Below, in pieces: positions 29,211 to 37,196 of a DNA stretch of 64,000 bases; positions within the stretch are counted from its first letter, which is position 1; every line of letters begins with the position of its first letter. Source of the DNA: Chlamydiota bacterium (GTDB lineage: Bacteria; Chlamydiota; Chlamydiia; Chlamydiales; Rhabdochlamydiaceae); contig JABDCS010000001.1 in the NCBI GenBank assembly GCA_013288005.1, positions 23,843 to 87,842 on the forward strand. Direction: 5' to 3'. A model generated the notes under the pieces. It was not told where the DNA came from. It searched no databases and worked only from the letters and a program-made list of their open reading frames with translations. A program made the position numbers and the translations under genes.

Positions 29211-29552
29211 TTACTTCCTGCAATTTTTGCAAGAGCTGCAATTGCAGTTGCAATTACCATTGCATTTTCCATTACAAGTACAAGAAGTACAATCACAGTT
29301 ACTTTTATTGCAGCAACTATTACTACCATTGCAGCAACTACTGCAGCAGCATTTTTTTCTACAGCAGCAGCCTAAGAATTTTAAGCTCCATAAGCCTGCA
29401 AGACCGATAATGGAATAGATCACTCTCGCTGCCCATACAGTATTTCCACCAGTCAACCATGCCACTAAGTCAAATTGAAAAAAGCCCCATAAACCCCAAT
29501 TCAACGCACCAATTATGATGAGAAGAAGAGCTAGATAATTAATACATTTCAT
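29211..29552 (-). CDS. DUF378-family small membrane protein with a 52-aa Cys-rich (metallothionein-like) C-terminal tail
   Basis: The N-terminal ~60 aa match the DUF378 pattern (ALLLIIIGALNWGLWGFFQFDLVAWL...VIYSIIGLAGLW). The tail is CCCRKKCCCSSCCNGSNSCCNKSNCDCTSCTCNGKCNGNCNCNCSSCKNCRK. AAGGAG lies 5 nt upstream of ATG 29552. Confidence 0.65.
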   Translation of the reverse strand: MKCINYLALLLIIIGALNWGLWGFFQFDLVAWLTGGNTVWAARVIYSIIGLAGLWSLKFLGCCCRKKCCCSSCCNGSNSCCNKSNCDCTSCTCNGKCNGNCNCNCSSCKNCRK

Positions 29553-29683
29553 ATACACTCCTTACGCACATTTCTCTAAGAAAGTGTTAGCGGTATTAGC
29601 TTGAATCGAAAACGGGTCAAAAACTTGACTAATGCCGGTAACAGTCTCTAACTTCATAGTAAAGTATTTTTCACCGATTGTCA

Positions 29684-30442
29684 TTATATTTCTTTAGATA
29701 GGATCACATTGATAAGCGAACGCAAACAACGTAGGCGCGCCTCATGACTAGACAGTAGTAAAGGTTGGACTTTTTGCATTTTAACAGAAGAATTCACCCA
29801 ATTATGGACAGAGATCTCCAAATGAACGCCGCTCAGGACAGCTCTCCCCCTGCCAAATCTACAATCGACTATCGCAGCAGGTTGACCCGGAATATCCGCA
29901 TATCGCCCAAGCACTCGAACATTGGCGTCCTCAGTTAGCGCTTCAAAATAGCAACCACCATTGTAATAGGTATGACATGTAATTTCTAAATCGTCGCTCT
30001 TCCATTCTAAAGAGGCTGCTTCTAGGCCTTCATCACTCTCATAACGAAAAAGGCCTGTTCCGAAGACAGGGCCAATAGCTTTTCCAGGAAAAAAACCCAG
30101 GTCACGAAATCCAAAGATTTCAAGAGGGCTACCCTGTTCAAAGACAATTTCTCGAGCGCCAAAATATCCTCCAGCGCAGATACCCCAGTACTTACCCCCG
30201 CCGGCAACATATTGGCTAATACGACGAGTGGCTAAAGGAAAAAGTTTCTGATGGTAAGGCAGATCTCGCCCACCAGGAATGACTAGCAAATCGGTCATTT
30301 CCTCCCAATCACTACATAAAAGCTCTTGTGCAGAACATTTTCTGATGCAATAGTTCGTAATTTCATTTTGCAAACTCGTTATAGTGTGCTCTAAGCAAGA
30401 AGGTGCAACTCCCAAATCTGCATATACAAGTATCTGGCGCAT
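29684..30442 (-). CDS. BPL_N-like / class I glutamine amidotransferase-like domain protein
   Basis: 252 aa. The N-terminus (ILVYADLGVAP...LLVIPGGRD...ICAGGYF) resembles the biotin-protein-ligase N-terminal GATase-like fold. Tentative. Confidence 0.45.
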   Translation of the reverse strand: MRQILVYADLGVAPSCLEHTITSLQNEITNYCIRKCSAQELLCSDWEEMTDLLVIPGGRDLPYHQKLFPLATRRISQYVAGGGKYWGICAGGYFGAREIVFEQGSPLEIFGFRDLGFFPGKAIGPVFGTGLFRYESDEGLEAASLEWKSDDLEITCHTYYNGGCYFEALTEDANVRVLGRYADIPGQPAAIVDCRFGRGRAVLSGVHLEISVHNWVNSSVKMQKVQPLLLSSHEARLRCLRSLINVILSKEI

Positions 30443-30616
30443 GTGAGAATGTGCTTAAATGAATTAATGCTGAATAATATAGGGTATGACAATATAACAA
30501 AAAATGTATAAATATAAGAATATAGCGAAAAACTAGGGATTAATTTCTGAAAAGCGATAGAAACTAGTTATAACTCCGGATCAAAGCTCTTTTTTTAAAT
30601 ATTATATAAATAGGTC

Positions 30617-31942
30617 ATGTTTCTTTTTTTTATTTCTGCAAGCCTTCTTTTTGGAACCGCTATTCTTACGGGAACAAATTACGCATTACAGACGATTGGA
30701 CGCCTTCCGGCAAAAGATGTATTCAAGAAATTCTCGAATTTATTTTTCATCCAGCATATTACTCATGCTCTCTTTCGTAAACATGACTGGGAGGGGCTTT
30801 TATTTTGCCTCAGTTTCACAAAACAAGTTTTTCAAATCGGCTATGCGCTCACCGCCACCTTTTTTCTTCTAAAGACGCATCCTTTTAGCCAGATTCTTTT
30901 TTCTCAAGGGGAACCATTTTCCTTATTACAATGGGGTTGGATAATAGGCTTAGCATCCCTGATCATTTCTATAGCTCTTATCATAGATGTAGCCGCCCGT
31001 GTTATTTCCACAGCCAAGCCCTACATATTCTTTACTCTTTTTGGAGCTCTTACCTCCTGTTTACTTCTGCTACTTTTCCCTTTTTCTTATCTGGGGATGA
31101 AATGTTTAAAAAAACTTCTTCCCGAAACCAAGGAAAGAGGAATAACACCGACAACGCGTATACGCGATAAAATTCTCGAAATTATTTATGAATCTGAATT
31201 AGCTCCTCATCTCGATGCGCATGAGCAAAAACTTATTGCTTCTGTGGCTTCTTTCAAAGAGCGAATTGTACGGGAAATCATGGTCCCTAGAATTGATGTG
31301 TTTTGCCTATCTTCAGAAACGACGATCGCCGAGGCAGCGCAAAGCTTTGTAAAAGAAGGCTATAGCCGAATCCCTGTCTATAGAGAAAGCGTCGACTATA
31401 TACTCGGCGTGCTTTTGTATAAAGACGTGTTGAATATCTATGCAGAAGCTTCTATGGAAGCGGCTCAACAACCTCAGCTTTCCCTACCCATTGAAAGTCT
31501 TGTTAAACCCGTTCTCTATACTCCTGAGACCAAAAAAATTTCCCATCTCTTACAAGAATTCCGCAGCAAACAAATCCATCTCGCTATTGTAGTTGATGAG
31601 TATGGAGGGACAGAGGGAATTGTGACGATCGAAGACATTTTAGAAGAATTGGTCGGAGAAATTGCAGATGAATATGACATAGGCGAGGAGATGCTTTTTG
31701 CGGCTCTTCCAGGTGGCGGATGGGCGGTAGATGCACGTATGGGTATCATTGATATCGAAAAAGAATTAGGTGTCCGGATTCCTACTAGCCCAGAATACGA
31801 TACAATTGGCGGGTATATCTTCCATCGAGCGGGAGCCATACCTTCTAAAGGGTGGCGCATCCACCAAGACAATTTTGATCTCGAAGTCCTTAGCTCGGAC
31901 GAACGGTCAATCGAAAAGATCCGCGTCCTTCCACATGGCTAA
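30617..31942 (+). CDS. hemolysin-family protein (CNNM/DUF21 TM domain + CBS pair + CorC_HlyC), TlyC-like
   Basis: 441 aa: N-terminal 4 TM, CBS region (VREIMVPRIDVF...IAEA...GYSRIPVY), C-terminal transporter-associated domain. Confidence 0.8.
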   Translation: MFLFFISASLLFGTAILTGTNYALQTIGRLPAKDVFKKFSNLFFIQHITHALFRKHDWEGLLFCLSFTKQVFQIGYALTATFFLLKTHPFSQILFSQGEPFSLLQWGWIIGLASLIISIALIIDVAARVISTAKPYIFFTLFGALTSCLLLLLFPFSYLGMKCLKKLLPETKERGITPTTRIRDKILEIIYESELAPHLDAHEQKLIASVASFKERIVREIMVPRIDVFCLSSETTIAEAAQSFVKEGYSRIPVYRESVDYILGVLLYKDVLNIYAEASMEAAQQPQLSLPIESLVKPVLYTPETKKISHLLQEFRSKQIHLAIVVDEYGGTEGIVTIEDILEELVGEIADEYDIGEEMLFAALPGGGWAVDARMGIIDIEKELGVRIPTSPEYDTIGGYIFHRAGAIPSKGWRIHQDNFDLEVLSSDERSIEKIRVLPHG

Positions 31943-32158
31943 CTGTTTAGCGGTAAAAAACCATTATCTCGATTTCTCGAGCTTTCAAGCCAATTATAAT
32001 TACAAAATAGATAGATACTATCAATCTATGGTATTAACCATTTCTTTTGAATCCAAAACCTACCAGAAATCTTCTGAAAAGCGATGAAATCCTAGTTTTA
32101 AAAAACCCTCTTAGGCAGAATTTTATAAATTCGTCTCTTACAATGGGAGTGACTTTGC

Positions 32159-34081
32159 ATGCGCCGTTCCATATGCAGCTCAGAACCAAGTCTTGTTTTC
32201 GCTGGGCAAACAGCCACCTGGAAATTTATTTACACAACGGCTCAGCCACTTCCCAAGGGAACTAAGCTGCGATTTGATCTTTTAAGCCAAGGGCGTCCTT
32301 TCGATTGGGAAATCCCCCAAACCAACCTCAAAGAAAAACATAACCTTATATGGGCCCTTTTACCCAATGGGAAGGTCTTAGAAGCTAAGAAAATCGAAAC
32401 TCCTCAAGGACTTACCGGAATTTTTGATTTCCTTCTACCGATCGAAATCAAAACCGGCGAAAATATAGTTATCAATTTGGGCGTCCCTTCGACCAGTCGC
32501 GAGGAACAAGAAAAGAAAGGTACGCGTAGTCAAACGTATATCCAAAGGCGACGTGCTTTCCACCTCTATATTGATCCCAAGGGCAAAGGAGATTTTCGGG
32601 ATCCCGAAAGCTTTGCCGTGGATGTTAAGGGGCATCTGCTCGATCATATCCGCCTTATCACCCCCTCACTAGTCGCTAAAAACCGCCGTTTTGACATTAT
32701 GGTGCGTTTTGAAGATCGTTATAATAATTTGACCGGCAATGCGCCTGAAGGGACATTGATCGAATTGAGCTATGAGCATCTACGCGACAATTTATCCTGG
32801 AAACTTTTTGTCCCTGAAACAGGTTTTCTTAGCTTACCGAATTTATATTTTAACGAGGCTGGAGTTTATCGAATTCAGTTGCGGAACCTCTCCGATAACT
32901 CGGTCTTTTTTTCCTCTCCCATTAAATGCCTTGTGGAAGGAGACAAAAGTATCTTTTGGGGTCTTTTTCATGGAGAGACCGAAAGGTATGATTCCTTTGA
33001 CGAAATAGAACCCTTATTGCGCTATTTCCGCGATGATCGCGCGCTCAATTTTTACGCCTCTTCCTGCTTTGAGAGTGCCGAAGAGACAACGCCAGAACAA
33101 TGGAAGCACATCGCTACGCAAATCGCAGAATTCAATGAAGAGGGCCGTTTTACGACATTCTTAGGTTTTCAGTGGGCAGGAGAACCTGTTGAAGAAGGAC
33201 TCCGCCAGTTCTTCTATACCAAAGACAACAAACCGATTCTACGCAGAAAAGATTCTAAGTCGAATACACTAAAAAAAATATTTCGCAGCCATACCATTAA
33301 AGACATCTTAGCTATCCCCTCTTTTACCATGGGAAATTCTTCCGCTTATAACTTCCACGACTACGAACCTGAATTTGAAAGAGTGGTCGAAATATACAAT
33401 GCTTGGGGATCTTCCGAATGTTCTCAAAAAGAAGGTAATCCTCGGCCTATTCTTGCAGAAAGCAAAAAAGGTATCAGTGAGAATCCCTCTGGCTCCTTAC
33501 GGGAAGCACTTAATCGTAACTGCCGTTTTGGCTTTGTAGCGGGAGGTCTCGATGATCGTGGAATTTATGAACCCTGCTACCCCCAAGAACAAAAGCAATA
33601 TAGCGCAGGACTAACGGCTGTTATCGCTGCTGATCAATCGCGAGAAAGTTTTATTCATGCTCTCAATCATCGTTCTTGCTATGCCACGACAGGAGAGAGA
33701 ATCGTTTTAGGTATTTCGATTGCCGGGGGCCAAATGGGCTCGGAACTCTCGACTAAGACAAAACCAGGACTGGCTTATAACCGTCATATTGTTGGATATG
33801 TGGCAGGTACGGGGATCATTCAAGAAATTGCTTTTATTCGTAATGGAAAACCTTTCCATTTCTTCTATCCCGAGCAAGCCCTTTTCGAGTTTGCCTTTGA
33901 TGATAGTGAAAGTTTAGACAAAATTGCTCTTTCCTCTTCTGATGAGAGGCCATATTTCGCCTATTACTATATGCGGGTAACACAAAAAGATGGCCATGTA
34001 GCATGGAGTTCACCTATTTGGATCGATCATCCTGACATGTCTCCGCAAAATGGTAAAAAGAGCCGTTCCAAGAATAAATAG
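32159..34081 (+). CDS. hypothetical 640-aa protein, C-terminal two-thirds DUF3604-like (PHP-type metallohydrolase fold?) with altered metal-site motif
   Basis: The segment IFWGLFHGETERYDS...LNFYASSC...GRFTTFLGFQWAG resembles the DUF3604 layout (GDLHxHT...DF...GxFxxFxGYEW) as I remember it. Not verified. Confidence 0.35.
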   Translation: MRRSICSSEPSLVFAGQTATWKFIYTTAQPLPKGTKLRFDLLSQGRPFDWEIPQTNLKEKHNLIWALLPNGKVLEAKKIETPQGLTGIFDFLLPIEIKTGENIVINLGVPSTSREEQEKKGTRSQTYIQRRRAFHLYIDPKGKGDFRDPESFAVDVKGHLLDHIRLITPSLVAKNRRFDIMVRFEDRYNNLTGNAPEGTLIELSYEHLRDNLSWKLFVPETGFLSLPNLYFNEAGVYRIQLRNLSDNSVFFSSPIKCLVEGDKSIFWGLFHGETERYDSFDEIEPLLRYFRDDRALNFYASSCFESAEETTPEQWKHIATQIAEFNEEGRFTTFLGFQWAGEPVEEGLRQFFYTKDNKPILRRKDSKSNTLKKIFRSHTIKDILAIPSFTMGNSSAYNFHDYEPEFERVVEIYNAWGSSECSQKEGNPRPILAESKKGISENPSGSLREALNRNCRFGFVAGGLDDRGIYEPCYPQEQKQYSAGLTAVIAADQSRESFIHALNHRSCYATTGERIVLGISIAGGQMGSELSTKTKPGLAYNRHIVGYVAGTGIIQEIAFIRNGKPFHFFYPEQALFEFAFDDSESLDKIALSSSDERPYFAYYYMRVTQKDGHVAWSSPIWIDHPDMSPQNGKKSRSKNK

Positions 34082-34655
34082 TCGCTCTCTTCGAAAGTGT
34101 TCTGTCAACTAAACACTGATCGTGACTAATCTCGCTTGTCAGCTTAACACCCCATCAGCAGTGTGTTACTGTTAGGCTACAAGTGAGAGTTGGGTCAGGC
34201 GTTTTAATCAACTTTCAATTACATCCCTTCGGGACTCCAAAAATTTTGACAAGACCATTTTGGAGATAGCCTCCACTCTTAAAGACATTCCTACACCTTC
34301 AAGCTTGTGAAGAAATGCCTGTTGGAGTGTAAGCGATGTCAAGAGTCTTTATATTGCAAAACTTTGGACCTCAAGAGCTTTGTGAAGAGCTAGTCGTTTG
34401 CCTTTTAGAGATGGAGGCTCTTGTAGAACTTTTGTTTAGATGAAATCTAAGAGGCCTTCTTAAATTGTTTCCCGATTGTTGGAATGCGTCTTTCTTTAAG
34501 CCCCCAAGGGCTGCTACCCTCTCCAAGCCTCATGAATCTTCTGAAAAGCAATTCTAGCTGAAGCCTATAAGAAATCCACCCCAAGATTAGTCACCCTGTC
34601 TACAGGTAGAGTAGGGCCTACTTAAGAATCTTCAATCAATGCCTAAAAACAAAAA

Positions 34656-34683
34656 GGCCATAGAGTGTTTCCACTCTATGGCC
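34656..34683 (-). terminator. rho-independent terminator of the 506-aa gene
   Basis: 12-bp perfect stem (ggccatagagtg / cactctatggcc) with loop tttc. On the minus strand it is followed by tttttgttttt. Confidence 0.65.
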
Positions 34684-34715
34684 AGTAAAAAAACATCTGA
34701 AATTATTTCAGAGTC

Positions 34716-36236
34716 TTAAACTCTAGGTGATGCAGGTGCTCTAGGTGATGCAGGTCTAGTTCTACCACCATGAGCTGCTGCTCTCAGAGCAGCTGCTACT
34801 CGCATTTGCTCTTCAGCTTCAGCTCTACGTCTGTCATTCCTATCTATGCGTTCTGCTAGTGCAACTATTGCAGATCTCTCTACACGAGCTGAGCTCATAT
34901 AGGCATTTAATCTAGCACCACCAAGCAATATCGCCTGATTTTCATAATGATCAATTACATTAGCACAATGTATAACGACTTCAATATCTAAACCTCTTTC
35001 TGCTTGTGTGATCAAAGCCTTACCATCTGTGCCATTGCCGTAGAAGTTGGCCACCACCTGCGCAAGCAATTTAGCTGCTTGAGGAGATGCTTTCTCCATG
35101 GCTTTGTAAACAGTTTGAAGATCATGTGGTCTAACTTCATTGTAAAGACGGCGTTTCTCACCGATGCTTTCCATGAAGTCTGCAATAGCTTGACGATCTT
35201 TAGTTGAAGGAAGCAAAAATCCATTGTTTTGATGAATGCGTTTAAATGCATCCAATTGAACAGCTCCTAAAGGACTCAAAGAAGTTAGTGGTTCGTTTTC
35301 ATCTGCCCACATGAATCTACCTTCTGAGGTCACACCTAATTTGGCAGTGATTTTATCACCGACTGTGTGTGTACTTAGTCTTCCACCTTGCATAACAAAA
35401 GCAGCTTGGGCCATCAGCATTTGTGCTTCATTGCCACGTTTCTTATCACTCAGTTTAGTGAATTTGTCATATGCTTTTTCTATCGCATTGTCTTGTGCCC
35501 GTCGATTTTTATCTGCAAGAACAACTGGACGGAAATGAGAGGTGAAGTCTCCAATTAGACGGAGTGCTTCTTCGCGCTCAGCTACACGTTTTTGGAAATG
35601 TGCGCTTCGAGCTTCATCAAGACTTGTAATGTAATCCTTCATTTTGAAGTTTGCACGAGCCAATGAAGGCCTAGCATCATCTGGATGAGCTGCATTATGG
35701 TTTGCAATATCTTCCTGTCTAATTTTCCATCCCAAGTCACTTCTTGATGTTTTTTGGCGATGTGGCAAATCATTCCAAAGGGCATTGAGCTCAGTTTCTT
35801 CTTTTCCTAGAGCTTTACGTTGCCATGCATCTTTTGGTTTAACGCGTACATCCCGAGCATCATCAGTTTTTGTTTTTTCCGCTTTTACTGTTTCTTTTTT
35901 AGAATCAGCATTTTTTGCAGCCACTTCTTCTGTAGCAGCTTCTTCTTTTTTAGCGCTCTGGCAAGTTATGAAGTTCCATAGACTGACTGCGCAATTTCCC
36001 AAGAAAGTAAAAGGAGAGCAAACCCAAGAAAGGAAGCTTGAGTTTTCTTTTGTAGCAACAGTCCTTTCTTCTACAACTTTTGTAACTTCTTTTTCTTTCT
36101 CTTTGTGACCTTCTTGAACTTCTAAGGTATCTCGTCCGAAAGAAACAGGACGCGCAGTTGATGCGAATCCGCTAGAAGCTAGAGGATGCGCGACATGCGG
36201 CATAGCCTGTGCGTCGATACGGGGTAGTGATGACAT
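34716..36236 (-). CDS. hypothetical 506-aa protein (candidate secreted/membrane-inserted effector)
   Basis: Strong SD (AGGAGG 8 nt upstream of the ATG). Ser-rich N-terminus without a signal peptide, one hydrophobic segment (SFLSWVCSPFTFLGNCAVSLWNFITC), a charged helical body and an Arg/Ala/Pro-rich tail. No family recognised. Confidence 0.65.
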   Translation of the reverse strand: MSSLPRIDAQAMPHVAHPLASSGFASTARPVSFGRDTLEVQEGHKEKEKEVTKVVEERTVATKENSSFLSWVCSPFTFLGNCAVSLWNFITCQSAKKEEAATEEVAAKNADSKKETVKAEKTKTDDARDVRVKPKDAWQRKALGKEETELNALWNDLPHRQKTSRSDLGWKIRQEDIANHNAAHPDDARPSLARANFKMKDYITSLDEARSAHFQKRVAEREEALRLIGDFTSHFRPVVLADKNRRAQDNAIEKAYDKFTKLSDKKRGNEAQMLMAQAAFVMQGGRLSTHTVGDKITAKLGVTSEGRFMWADENEPLTSLSPLGAVQLDAFKRIHQNNGFLLPSTKDRQAIADFMESIGEKRRLYNEVRPHDLQTVYKAMEKASPQAAKLLAQVVANFYGNGTDGKALITQAERGLDIEVVIHCANVIDHYENQAILLGGARLNAYMSSARVERSAIVALAERIDRNDRRRAEAEEQMRVAAALRAAAHGGRTRPASPRAPASPRV

Positions 36237-36596
36237 ATTTAAACCCTCCTAAGGTTTGTTTATTCAAATCGCCCTAAAAATTTGGGTGATGAAATAAAGA
36301 TCATAAAGTTAAGCCGGTATTAAGAAAATATAAAAAAATTATTTTATTTTATCAAGCTTAGCTAAAGCGACTTAAGAAAGGCCCTCTCAGTAGTAAGAGG
36401 TTCCCAACAAACCTTGACTATGAGAAACTTCATCCTAATTTTCTTATTATTAAGGTTTTGGTCTCCATTTTTGACTTAACTAGCCTTATTTTTTATTCTT
36501 TTTTGAATTTCTTGAAATTCAAGTAAGAATTTAATGCAAATAAGGTCATTTAGCTGACGAATAAAAAAAAATCTATTGCTAAGAGGTCCATCGAAA

Positions 36597-37196
36597 ATGT
36601 CTTCTGATTTATTCATTTTAGGTTCTCAATCTCCCCGTCGTCGCGATATCCTCAAGGGCTTTTCTCTTCCCTTCCAACAAATCTCGCCCGATTTCGATGA
36701 AGAAAGCGTGGAGTTTAAGGGAGATCCAAGAGCCTACTGCAGAGAAATTGCGAGTGGCAAAGCTGCTTCCCTTGCAGAACGCTTTCCCGATGCAACGATT
36801 CTCACTGCAGATACCGCCGTCTTTCTTGGCGAAAAAGTGTATAATAAACCACGCAATTCTGAGGAGGCCTTTCACTTTCTTTCTGAGCTTTGTGGAAAAT
36901 GGCATACCGTTCATACGGCTGTCCATGTATGTCAAGGAGGAAAGTCTTACCAAGAAGGGGAAAGTACCAAGCTCCTTTTTCACTCATTAACACCTGATCA
37001 AATCCGCATTTTTCACCAACACATTCATTTCTTAGATAAGGCTGGGGGCTATGCAATTGAAGGCTGCGGACAAATCATTCTCGAAAAAATGGAAGGCTGT
37101 TATTACAATGTACTAGGCCTTCCTGTTGATGCAACGAGGAAGCTTCTAGCACATGTAGGGATCGATTTGTGGCACTATTTAAAAAACATTTCCTAG
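36597..37196 (+). CDS. maf: Maf-like nucleoside triphosphate pyrophosphatase (septum formation protein Maf)
   Basis: LILGSQSPRRRDIL N-terminal signature plus ADT and GAYGIQ-like (GGYAIEG) motifs. Start at ATG 36597, with AAGAGG upstream. Confidence 0.8.
   Translation: MSSDLFILGSQSPRRRDILKGFSLPFQQISPDFDEESVEFKGDPRAYCREIASGKAASLAERFPDATILTADTAVFLGEKVYNKPRNSEEAFHFLSELCGKWHTVHTAVHVCQGGKSYQEGESTKLLFHSLTPDQIRIFHQHIHFLDKAGGYAIEGCGQIILEKMEGCYYNVLGLPVDATRKLLAHVGIDLWHYLKNIS

Noticed and set aside
29190..29418. Plus-strand ORFs 29190-29375 and 29227-29418 (Ala/Ile/Thr- or Gln/Leu-rich)
   Set aside because: They are antisense to the Cys-rich tail of the DUF378 gene, and the tgc/gca/aat periodicity keeps all frames open. 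The minus-strand reading is preferred because it continues a recognisable DUF378 domain with a good SD.
36505..36520. 16-bp palindrome GAATTTCttGAAATTC about 80 nt upstream of maf, possibly an operator
   Set aside because: It is a short AT-rich palindrome in an AT-rich spacer, which is easily produced by chance. It matches no operator consensus I know (for example it is not CIRCE). I kept it only as a note.
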